A stretch of DNA of 37,662 bases from a virus, in IMG/VR virus record IMGVR_UViG_3300009095_000035, positions 1 through 37,662 of that record; one strand, 5' to 3'. Shown piece after piece: positions 6,728 to 14,183 of this stretch (position 1 is the stretch's first letter; the number at the start of each line of letters is the position of its first letter). The notes beneath the pieces are model-generated. The model made no database searches, was not told where the DNA came from, and saw only the letters and a program-made list of their open reading frames with translations. Made by a program: the position numbers and the translations under genes.

Positions 6728-7723
6728 ATGAAAGCTGAACACAATGCAATTATCGAACGCGCAAAGCTGGGCGGATATGAGCCGTCCATGATTGCCCATG
6801 AGTTGTTGGTGCATGACCTGGTGTCCGCCGCGCTGTTTGAATTCCGCAATGTGCGTGCGCCGTTTCACAGCCTGAACGAAGGCCAGCAACAGGAAGTCAT
6901 CGACCGCGTGACGGAAGCGGCCGAGAAATCGGTCTACAACGCGATCAGCATCATCAGCTCCCGCAACGTCGACACCATCCCGGTGACCATCGTTGACGCG
7001 AAGTTCAAGGCCAAGGCGATCACGGTCACCGCGGCGATTGATGCCCAAGACCCAAACCGTCATGGCCTCATTGATGTGGCTGGGCGCCTGTGCCTGCTGG
7101 TGCTGGCACCGAACGATTACGCCGAGGGCCTGGACGGCATCAAGGCTGAACGCGACCAACCGGACTTGCCGCTGCACGTCAGCGACCTGACCGGGAGCCT
7201 GTTCCCCGCCGGTGGCGCTGGTGCTGATGAACCGGATGGCGAACACCCGCTGGGCAATGCTGCTGAACTGGCCGAGCGCACAGGTGGCGGTGCTCAAGAC
7301 CCGCTGTACAGCGATACGATTGAGCAGGTTATTGCTTACGGGAAGCTGGGGGCGGCAGCGATTGCCGGAGCATTCAAGATCAGCACTGAGCGGGCTACCA
7401 GAATGCTCGAGGCTATGGTGTCCGCGGGTCTCGCGACATCGGGCGATGGAAAGATCTTTGAAGTCGCTGGCCCGTCTGAAGAGCTGGATAAAGAGTTCGG
7501 CGAGTTCACCTATGACGACGCCAAGCAACTGATCGTGCTCAAGTCCAACAACAAAGCGTTCAAGGGTCACTGGGTCCAGAGCCGCCTGGCCATCGACAGC
7601 GACAAGACAGCCACCCTGCTGCTGCGCCTGCTCGATGACAAGGTGCTCGAGATCGAAACCGAGGGCGAATCAGCGTTTGACCACAGTTTCAAGGTCATCG
7701 CCACTCTGGAAGACGTCGTCTAA
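6728..7723 (+). CDS. Hypothetical protein with two C-terminal FtsK-gamma-like winged-helix segments
   Basis: ATG at 6728, 6 nt after GAGGA. DPLYSDTIEQVIAYGKLGAAAIAGAFKISTERATRMLEAMVSAGLA parallels FtsK gamma [46 protein letters not shown]. A second, weaker copy is HWVQSRLAIDSDKTATLLLRLLDDKVLE. Confidence 0.6.
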   Translation: MKAEHNAIIERAKLGGYEPSMIAHELLVHDLVSAALFEFRNVRAPFHSLNEGQQQEVIDRVTEAAEKSVYNAISIISSRNVDTIPVTIVDAKFKAKAITVTAAIDAQDPNRHGLIDVAGRLCLLVLAPNDYAEGLDGIKAERDQPDLPLHVSDLTGSLFPAGGAGADEPDGEHPLGNAAELAERTGGGAQDPLYSDTIEQVIAYGKLGAAAIAGAFKISTERATRMLEAMVSAGLATSGDGKIFEVAGPSEELDKEFGEFTYDDAKQLIVLKSNNKAFKGHWVQSRLAIDSDKTATLLLRLLDDKVLEIETEGESAFDHSFKVIATLEDVV

Positions 7724-7743
7724 ACCATTCCCGCAATACCACC

Positions 7744-7768
7744 AGGCGCCTAAGGGCGCCTTTCTCTT
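7744..7768 (+). terminator. Intrinsic terminator inside the leftward early operon
   Basis: AGGCGCC-TAAG-GGCGCCT followed by TTCTCTT, 21 nt after the stop at 7723. Confidence 0.6.
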
Positions 7769-7786
7769 GCCCAAAGGAAAGTGCCC

Positions 7787-8224
7787 ATGGCCAAGCCAAA
7801 GCAACCGCTCTACGTGCTGCCCCATGGAATCGAAGTGATTGGGGAGTACGCACCAAAAGGGAAGAACAAGTATTGGAGGGTCAGGATCCGCCCTCACCAA
7901 TTTTTCCCGCATGTCCCTGTTGTTTCAGATGGCTGTTACGTCCGGCGCAGCCGCGTAGTCCTTTCCGCCAAGATTGGCCGAGCATTGTTGATGACGGAGA
8001 TCGCGCACCACATAAACGAAAACAAGACGGATGACAGCCCAGACAATCTGGAGATAGAAACTCCTGCCTCGCACAACTCCCATCACAAAACCGGCGTTAC
8101 CCACACCGCCGAAGCCAAAGCAAAAACATCTCAATCACTCACCGACTGCTACGCCGCCGGCGCCCGACGTCGCACCCGCGTAATTAGCAGAAACGAAAAA
8201 GGACAAATCCTATGCACAATCTAA
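7787..8224 (+). CDS. HNH endonuclease
   Basis: AHHINENKTDDSPDNLEIETPASHNSHH is an HNH-type motif. The ATG at 7787 is preceded by AGGAAAG. The gene looks AT-richer than its neighbours. Confidence 0.75.
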   Translation: MAKPKQPLYVLPHGIEVIGEYAPKGKNKYWRVRIRPHQFFPHVPVVSDGCYVRRSRVVLSAKIGRALLMTEIAHHINENKTDDSPDNLEIETPASHNSHHKTGVTHTAEAKAKTSQSLTDCYAAGARRRTRVISRNEKGQILCTI

Positions 8225-8823
8225 TTTGCATGTTCGACACGGAGACCACGGGCCTGCCGCTGTTCCGCGACCCAAGCGACGATCCGCGCCAGCCGCACCT
8301 GGTGGACATCTGCATTCTGGCCTACGACGCCAACGGCGCCCTGGTCGATTCCTTCGAAGCAATGGTGCGCCCTGATGGCTGGGTGATCCCAGCCGAAGTG
8401 ACCGCTATCCACGGCATCACCAATGAAATGGCCATGGACTTGGGTATCCCTGAGTCGGAAGCGCTGGACGGCTTCATGGCCATTCACGACCGCGCCGGCA
8501 TGCGCATTGCTCACAACATCAACTTCGATGACCGGATCATGCGCATTGCCCTGTCGCGGTACCGGGGCAAGGAAGCGGCCGACGCCTTCAAGGCCACGCC
8601 TGGTTACTGCACCTGCCAGTCCAGCAAGAACCTGGTGCAGTGCCCCCCCACTGAAAAGATGATCCGTGCGGGCTTCGGCAAGCAGTTCAAACAGCCAACC
8701 GTGGCCGAGGCCCTGCTGCACTTCACCGGTGAAGAACTGGTCGGTGGCCACCGCGCGCTGCCCGACACCGAAGCATGCGCCCGCATCTACTTCGCCATGA
8801 ACCCGCCTGCTCAGGTGGCTTGA
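8212..8823 (+). CDS. DEDDh (DnaQ-like) 3'-5' exonuclease
   Basis: Exo I FDTETTGL, Exo II HNINFDDRIM and Exo III HRALPDTEAC. Confidence 0.8.
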   Translation: MHNLICMFDTETTGLPLFRDPSDDPRQPHLVDICILAYDANGALVDSFEAMVRPDGWVIPAEVTAIHGITNEMAMDLGIPESEALDGFMAIHDRAGMRIAHNINFDDRIMRIALSRYRGKEAADAFKATPGYCTCQSSKNLVQCPPTEKMIRAGFGKQFKQPTVAEALLHFTGEELVGGHRALPDTEACARIYFAMNPPAQVA

Positions 8824-8862
8824 TTCTGCTGGCGCCCGGCGTGGGCGCCCTTGAGGTGCCCC

Positions 8863-9171
8863 ATGAACCCACTTGCACAGCAGGCGCTTGACCGCGCCCG
8901 CAAGCCTGTCCCTGCGTCAAAGCTTATCCCGCCAGTCCTGGCCAACGAGCCTTTGCCCGATCTGGTCATCACCGGCCCGATCAACCGCGTCATGGAACTG
9001 GAGGCGAAGCGCTGGGCTCTCGACTTCGTGCAAGGCCTGGGCCCGTCCATTCGCCGCGAGCCCGTGCGGACCAAGGCCATTGCCGACCTAACCCGGTACG
9101 CCGTGCAGCAACCTGCCAGCGTGGCCAGCGGCGTGAAGATCGTTATCGACTTGTTGAAGGAGGCGGGATGA
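8863..9171 (+). CDS. Hypothetical protein (102 aa)
   Basis: ATG at 8863, 4 nt after GAGGTG. Internal start of track ORF 8851-9171. Confidence 0.55.
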   Translation: MNPLAQQALDRARKPVPASKLIPPVLANEPLPDLVITGPINRVMELEAKRWALDFVQGLGPSIRREPVRTKAIADLTRYAVQQPASVASGVKIVIDLLKEAG

Positions 9172-9581
9172 ACAAGCAGTCAATCGGCGAACGAGCAGTC
9201 GCCGCACTGATCCGTTACGAGTCAGCAGCTGCAGAGCTGACCAGGATCAAGAAAGCCATAGTGACCACGCTTGAGCAGTGCCCGATCACTATTGAGGCAT
9301 ACAAAGAGTTCGACGATAAGTCGCCTCTCTGGGACAAAAGTCGCGTCAATCACCATCTGCACAAGGCACTAAGTTCGCGCGGCAGTGATGGATATGGGCT
9401 CGACCAGGAGGAAATCACGGACCAGCTCACCGGCTGGGATGATGAATCCGAGGGTGCTTGCTCGCACTGCCTTGCTGCATGGGGTTTGATTCTCTCCAGG
9501 AAGGGTGCTCGCCAAGAGTTCGGTAACGCGAAACGCCTTGTACGGGCTCTCGGTAAACAGGCGTTGAAGGCGGCGCCATGA
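9168..9581 (+). CDS. Hypothetical protein (137 aa)
   Basis: ATGA-coupled at both ends. Confidence 0.6.
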   Translation: MNKQSIGERAVAALIRYESAAAELTRIKKAIVTTLEQCPITIEAYKEFDDKSPLWDKSRVNHHLHKALSSRGSDGYGLDQEEITDQLTGWDDESEGACSHCLAAWGLILSRKGARQEFGNAKRLVRALGKQALKAAP

Positions 9582-9730
9582 CCAGCACCGGCAAGCTGTC
9601 CGCCGGGGTCCTGGAGTTCCTGGCCAAGTGCGACAAGTGCAACAGGCCCCGCAACAGCGGGAACCACGACAAATGCAGCCGGGCGCGCCAGCAAGAGCAT
9701 GCGCGGCCGGTACAGGAGAAACAATCATGA
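9578..9730 (+). CDS. Possible 50-aa Cys-containing protein
   Basis: ATGA-coupled at both ends. Translation MTSTGKLSAGVLEFLAKCDKCNRPRNSGNHDKCSRARQQ.... Below the ORF-track cutoff. Confidence 0.4.
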   Translation: MTSTGKLSAGVLEFLAKCDKCNRPRNSGNHDKCSRARQQEHARPVQEKQS

Positions 9731-10248
9731 GCCGATTCTGTTTTTGTAACTGCCCCGCAGGCTTCTCAGCCGATCCTGAGCGCCACGCCCCCGACTGCCC
9801 TGGCCGATCCGGCGCGGGCAAAACACGGACTCCAGTGCCAGCCACTACGCCGGCGCTGACGGTGAGCGCCGCCGAAGAGCTGGACGCCGTGCTGCACTGG
9901 CGCGACAAGCACACCCAAGCGATCCGCGAGCGTGACGCCCTGCAACAGCGCCTGACCGCAGCGGATGAGCGGATCGACGTAATGACCATCGCGCTCACCC
10001 GGATTCACGACAGAGCTGAGGCGTTCATTGACGATGGGATGCACATGCCTACCCCGTCCATTGAGGTGATCCGCGATATCGCTGCCAGGGCCGCACTCAA
10101 GCCAGCAGAGGGTGGTGGCGATGAGTTCGCGCATGATCGCGCTTACCGCAACGGACTCATGCAGGGTTACAACTTGGCACTCAACGGCAGCGAGGAAGAA
10201 TACCAAGAAGCTGTATCTCGATACTCGGGTGGCAAAGATGCGGAATAA
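9727..10248 (+). CDS. Hypothetical protein (173 aa)
   Basis: Internal ATG of track ORF 9628-10248 chosen because of the ATGA overlap. The N-terminus is Cys-rich (MSRFCFCNCPAG...DCPG). Confidence 0.55.
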   Translation: MSRFCFCNCPAGFSADPERHAPDCPGRSGAGKTRTPVPATTPALTVSAAEELDAVLHWRDKHTQAIRERDALQQRLTAADERIDVMTIALTRIHDRAEAFIDDGMHMPTPSIEVIRDIAARAALKPAEGGGDEFAHDRAYRNGLMQGYNLALNGSEEEYQEAVSRYSGGKDAE

Positions 10249-10390
10249 GCATGCAGGAACCTGCTACCGCTGCAACCAGCGTGTGGAGGTCGGACAAGGC
10301 CACTTTGAGCGACATGCGGGCGGATGGCGAACCCAACACGCCGGCTGCGCCATAAAGTACAGAGAGGAAAAGCGATGCTCCAAGCCATGA
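10238..10390 (+). CDS. Small Cys/His-rich protein (50 aa)
   Basis: MRNKHAGTCYRCNQRVEVGQGHFERHAGGWRTQHAGCAIKY.... Overlaps the upstream gene by 11 nt. Confidence 0.45.
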   Translation: MRNKHAGTCYRCNQRVEVGQGHFERHAGGWRTQHAGCAIKYREEKRCSKP

Positions 10391-10456
10391 AAGCCCAACT
10401 CCCCGCCTACTGCTGGTGCCTGCTGGCACTGGCACAACTGATTTGCTGAGGTATTT

Positions 10457-10675
10457 ATGAGTGGAATGAATGTAAGTGGGATGATCATGGTGCAAGAGGC
10501 GCAGCGTGGAGGGTTTGAAGCGCATGTTTACCCTTCGCGGATTGCCGCCGCTATCCAGCTTCTGAGGGTTGAAATAAGAAGGGCGAGCGACACTGGGGGA
10601 GCGCTGTTCAATATTGAAACTCAGGTTTCTGAGCTGATCGCAAGTGAGCGCGCCGACCTGGAGAGTGACCAATGA
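10457..10675 (+). CDS. Hypothetical protein (72 aa)
   Basis: Track ORF in an AT-richer patch. ATGA-coupled to the next gene. Confidence 0.5.
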   Translation: MSGMNVSGMIMVQEAQRGGFEAHVYPSRIAAAIQLLRVEIRRASDTGGALFNIETQVSELIASERADLESDQ

Positions 10676-11058
10676 CCACCAACCAAACGATTGACGGCGT
10701 GCCGCGTGATCTGCTGGAGCGCATTGCAGAAGTTCTACTACGGGGCGGGAGCGCTAGCACACCATACCGGGAGCTGCGCGCCCTGCCGGATGAGCCTGCT
10801 ATCGAGGTGCTCGACAAGTGCGGTGTGCAGATGATCGACTGCCCTGAATGCAGCCATCAGTGGGACCATTTCTTTGAATGCGGGAACAAGTCAGCCGCCC
10901 AGCCCAAGGGCGCGCCGGTGCCGGTGGACGCGCTCAGCACCGGTTTCTACACGACTGAATCCGGCGGAGAAAAATACGCCATTAACATTGGGTTTCGCTC
11001 GATGGCCGACATGCAAACCGCCGACGCTCAGTTTCGCGAGTTACTCAAATCCCGATAG
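10672..11058 (+). CDS. Hypothetical protein (128 aa)
   Basis: Track ORF containing a CPEC...H...H...C segment. Confidence 0.6.
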   Translation: MTTNQTIDGVPRDLLERIAEVLLRGGSASTPYRELRALPDEPAIEVLDKCGVQMIDCPECSHQWDHFFECGNKSAAQPKGAPVPVDALSTGFYTTESGGEKYAINIGFRSMADMQTADAQFRELLKSR

Positions 11059-11137
11059 GAGTACATCCGTACTCCACGCTGTAAACTCCCACCCAACCCT
11101 ATGAACCCAGCCGGCAACGGCGTGGCGAGGTATTCCC

Positions 11138-11368
11138 ATGGAACGACAACACACCGCCCTGGTGGGCAACAACGAAGTGATCAAGATGCTGGGCATGCAA
11201 AGCGTGTCCGGCTTGAACAAGCTTCGTGTGCGCGACAAGACATTCCCGGCGCCGATCAAGAGCAGTGACGCGCGGGGCGCCCGCTGCCGCTTCGATCCGG
11301 TCGAGGTTGAACAGTGGATTGCCGACAAGAAGGCTGCTCGAAACCAGGCAGACGCCGACGACGAATAA
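11138..11368 (+). CDS. xis: AlpA/excisionase-family small DNA-binding protein
   Basis: 76 aa. VIKMLGMQSVSGLNKLRVRDKTFPAPIK...FDPVEVEQWI is AlpA/Xis-like. It lies immediately upstream of attP and int. Confidence 0.65.
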   Translation: MERQHTALVGNNEVIKMLGMQSVSGLNKLRVRDKTFPAPIKSSDARGARCRFDPVEVEQWIADKKAARNQADADDE

Positions 11369-11423
11369 ACAGTGAAGCTCAACCACCAAGGGACTGCGCA
11401 ATCCGCAGCAGTCCCGAGCTTCC

Positions 11424-11680
11424 TGTATGGAAACTTGTATGGTGAAACCTGAAAAAGCTCTACAGCCCACGTGCTACGTGAACAGTTACAAGCCCTCTAC
11501 CCGCTCCACTTATTTATTCCCCCGTTATCCCCTCCCTTCCCGCAACGCCCCCAACCCCTTGAAACCCTGATCCGCACGCCATCCAAGCTAATCCCTTCTA
11601 TTCCCAACTATGCCCCCATTGCCCTTGATTCCGTGTATGGCGGGTTGTATGGTGCCGTACTCTTCGAACCAAACCATACA
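11424..11680. promoter_or_regulatory. Candidate attP: arm-type TGTATGG repeats flanking a pyrimidine-rich core region
   Basis: TGTATGG at 11424-11430 and 11436-11442 (12-bp spacing), and at 11634-11640 and 11646-11652 (12-bp spacing). An inverted CCATACA lies at 11674-11680. The roughly 190 bp between the pairs is strongly C/T-rich on the plus strand. The whole region sits between xis and int. Confidence 0.55.
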
Positions 11681-11690
11681 AAAAATCACC

Positions 11691-12950
11691 ATGAAGCGAT
11701 CCGAAATAAAGCGCCGGCCATTGGCCGATACGGTGCTGGCTTCCCTGGAGCCAGCGGAAAAGGAATACCGCGAGAACTATGGAACTGACCGGCTCTATTT
11801 CGTGGTCAGCAGCACCGGCCGCAAGCGCTGGGAGCTGAGATTCAAGAAGCCCGATGGTAAGTGGGGCTGGCACGGCCTGGGGTCGTACCCCGATGTCACC
11901 GCCAAAAAGGCGAGGGATAAAGCCCAGGAAGCCCAGCGCCTGAACGCCGAGGGCGTTGACCCGATCGCACACAAAGCGAACATCAAGGCGTCCAGGGATG
12001 CAGTCGAGGCAAACACATTCAAGGCTGCCGCCGATCTGTGGCTTGAAAAGAAAATCAAAGATGGTCGGGCCGAAAAGACCTTAGCTGGAATCAACGGCGC
12101 GCTGACCAACGACATACTGCCCGCCCTTGGCAAAAAGCCGCTGAGCAAGATCACCCGGGCAGACTGCGCCAGCCTGCAAGCCAGCATTGAAGGCCGTGGC
12201 GCCCACAACACCGCCGAGAAGGTACGCGTGTGGGTCAACCAGATATTCGGGCTGGCCATCGCCAGGGGCATGACTGAGAACAACCCGGCAAGCAACTTGA
12301 TCGATATCGCGGAGAAAGCGCCAGCCGAAACGCAATACCCGCACCTGGTCGAGGCAGAGCTGCCGGAGTTCCTGCGCGCGCTTGAAAGGTCGAGTAGCGG
12401 CACCATCGTGCGCACGGCTGCCTGGCTTACGCTGCTGACGGCTTCACGCCCGGGCATGACCCGTTGGGCCGAATGGTCCGAGGTGGATATGGATGCGGCG
12501 CTGTGGACGGTCCCGGCGGCGAAGATGAAGATGCGCCGCGCCCACGTAGTGCCACTTCCTGCCCAGGCGGTGGAGATGATCAAGGATCTGCATCGACTCA
12601 CCGGACGCTCGCGCTACCTGTTTCCATCCAGCGGAGAAAAGGTGCCGGTGATATCTGACGCCTCGATCAACAAGTGCTTCGCGCTTATTGGCTACAAAGG
12701 CCGGATGACAGGCCATGGAAGCCGGCATACCTGCGAAACGCTGCTGTCCGAATTCGGATGGGATGAGAACTGGCGCGACATGCACCTAGCTCATAAAAAG
12801 GCGGGGATCAAAGGCGTCTACGACAAGGCGACGTACCTGCCTCAAAGGCGAAAGATGGTGCAATGGTATGCGGACTACCTCGACGCGCTGCGAGAAGGGA
12901 TGACCGACGAGCAGCGCGCGGCGTTCAAGGCCAAAGTGAACGCTGGATAG
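11691..12950 (+). CDS. int: P4-type tyrosine integrase
   Basis: Start at the internal ATG at 11691 (MKRSEIKRRPLADTVL...). The N-terminus has the DUF4102-like pattern ...YFVVSSTGRKRWELRFKKPDGKW.... Catalytic region: ...LLTASRPGM..., HGSRHTCETLL, ...HKKAGIKGVYDKATY.... Confidence 0.9.
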   Translation: MKRSEIKRRPLADTVLASLEPAEKEYRENYGTDRLYFVVSSTGRKRWELRFKKPDGKWGWHGLGSYPDVTAKKARDKAQEAQRLNAEGVDPIAHKANIKASRDAVEANTFKAAADLWLEKKIKDGRAEKTLAGINGALTNDILPALGKKPLSKITRADCASLQASIEGRGAHNTAEKVRVWVNQIFGLAIARGMTENNPASNLIDIAEKAPAETQYPHLVEAELPEFLRALERSSSGTIVRTAAWLTLLTASRPGMTRWAEWSEVDMDAALWTVPAAKMKMRRAHVVPLPAQAVEMIKDLHRLTGRSRYLFPSSGEKVPVISDASINKCFALIGYKGRMTGHGSRHTCETLLSEFGWDENWRDMHLAHKKAGIKGVYDKATYLPQRRKMVQWYADYLDALREGMTDEQRAAFKAKVNAG

Positions 12951-12955
12951 CATCA

Positions 12956-14119
12956 CTATTCTTCATCGCCAGCCCAGTACCTACGATATCCCCAGACCTC
13001 TGCGACATCGCCTTTATGCATGGTGCCGCTGAAGCCGCCCGAGTAAGGCTCGATGCCGATCGGGTATTGCTTCTTCGCTGCCGAAAGCATTACGGCCTGC
13101 GTTGGTGAAACCGCCTGGCCATCCACCGCAGCCTTAGAAACCCCAACGCTGAGCCCATAAAGTAGGGAACCGTAGGAAGACTTCTGCGACATTTCGGACA
13201 CCCCAGCCACCGGGATTCGCTGAAACGGGCCCAAGCCCGTTATGTCCTGCCAACTAGCAAACTGTTCGCTTCCGGTTATTTTCTGCATCAGCGAGGACTT
13301 CCAATGGTTCAGCGGTCCTGCCTGCACCCCGCCCATTGAGAAATGTTCGAGGTCACCGTACGCAGTGACCTTCGTGTAGACCTGGGTGGAAATACCTACA
13401 AACGAATACAGAACCTCAACCTGTGCCGCTCGATCGTCTGAGTTCGGCCTGAAGATGTCGTAGACCTCTTTCACATCGAGCCTATCTACCGGCTTGAATC
13501 CATCGTCGGAAAGGTTCAGCGGATCCACGGACAAAGAAACTCTGCGCACAGATGGGTAGATTTGAACAAGGCGTTGCGAGCTGGTCGATATCGGTGAGCC
13601 GCCCGATTCTGGCTTCAGGTAGCTGAAGGCCGAGATCTTGTAATCCCACGGCCTATCATCTTTTGGAGGGTTGGAAAGGAAGGTTGCTGACTCGCCAGCG
13701 ATGGCAGAAATCAAAGTGAAGGTAGCGCCTTCACCATCAACCCATCGACTCCCGATGTCGCTGCCGGACAGATTGTTTGTGGGAACTTGAACACCAAAAT
13801 TCGCACCATGGTTCGCACCGATATGTGTGCCGTTGAATTGAATAGGGGTTGCGTCGTCTTTCTCGTCTGAGACGACGTAACCCCGATCAAATGCAACATT
13901 ACCGACACTTGAAACTATTCTGGCCCCTGAGAAATTAACTACCTGATTCCTGCTCGTTGCCTTTTTTCCTAGGTCAATCTTGCGAATCAGATATCTGTTA
14001 GTACCGAAGTCGGATCTTACGTAAACGAAATCACCCGAAACAGAAACCTCTGTTCTTTCGCTCGCACACGCGAATGAAGAGAGCATCAATATTCCTATAG
14101 CTGTAAATGCCCGCTTCAT
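12956..14119 (-). CDS. Secreted protein of unknown function (moron; Sec signal peptide)
   Basis: Start taken at the ATG at 14119 (MKRAFTAIGILMLSSFACA|SE...). The track start at 14251 would overlap the tailspike gene. 387 aa with a beta-rich composition and no recognisable motif. The DNA is visibly AT-richer than the rest of the phage. Confidence 0.75.
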   Translation of the reverse strand: MKRAFTAIGILMLSSFACASERTEVSVSGDFVYVRSDFGTNRYLIRKIDLGKKATSRNQVVNFSGARIVSSVGNVAFDRGYVVSDEKDDATPIQFNGTHIGANHGANFGVQVPTNNLSGSDIGSRWVDGEGATFTLISAIAGESATFLSNPPKDDRPWDYKISAFSYLKPESGGSPISTSSQRLVQIYPSVRRVSLSVDPLNLSDDGFKPVDRLDVKEVYDIFRPNSDDRAAQVEVLYSFVGISTQVYTKVTAYGDLEHFSMGGVQAGPLNHWKSSLMQKITGSEQFASWQDITGLGPFQRIPVAGVSEMSQKSSYGSLLYGLSVGVSKAAVDGQAVSPTQAVMLSAAKKQYPIGIEPYSGGFSGTMHKGDVAEVWGYRRYWAGDEE

Positions 14120-14183
14120 ATGCCCCTGCATAGGTTCTAAACCGAATGTGAGGGGCAGTGTACTACGAGTCGAACAGCTTCGA

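Noticed and set aside
10387-10449. 20-aa hydrophobic ORF (MKAQLPAYCWCLLALAQLIC), ATGA-coupled to the upstream gene.
   Set aside because: It is too short to support from sequence alone. It is mentioned only as a possibility.
11058-11075. Hairpin GGAGTAC-ATCC-GTACTCC after the 10672-11058 gene as a terminator.
   Set aside because: No T tract follows. It may stabilise the RNA, but I cannot call it a terminator.
11641-11690. tRNA 3'-end-like string on the minus strand (GGTTCGAAGAGTACGGCACCA) as the attP core.
   Set aside because: No T-arm or acceptor-stem pairing can be drawn. The CACCA comes from the TGTATGG arm repeat. I judged it a coincidence.
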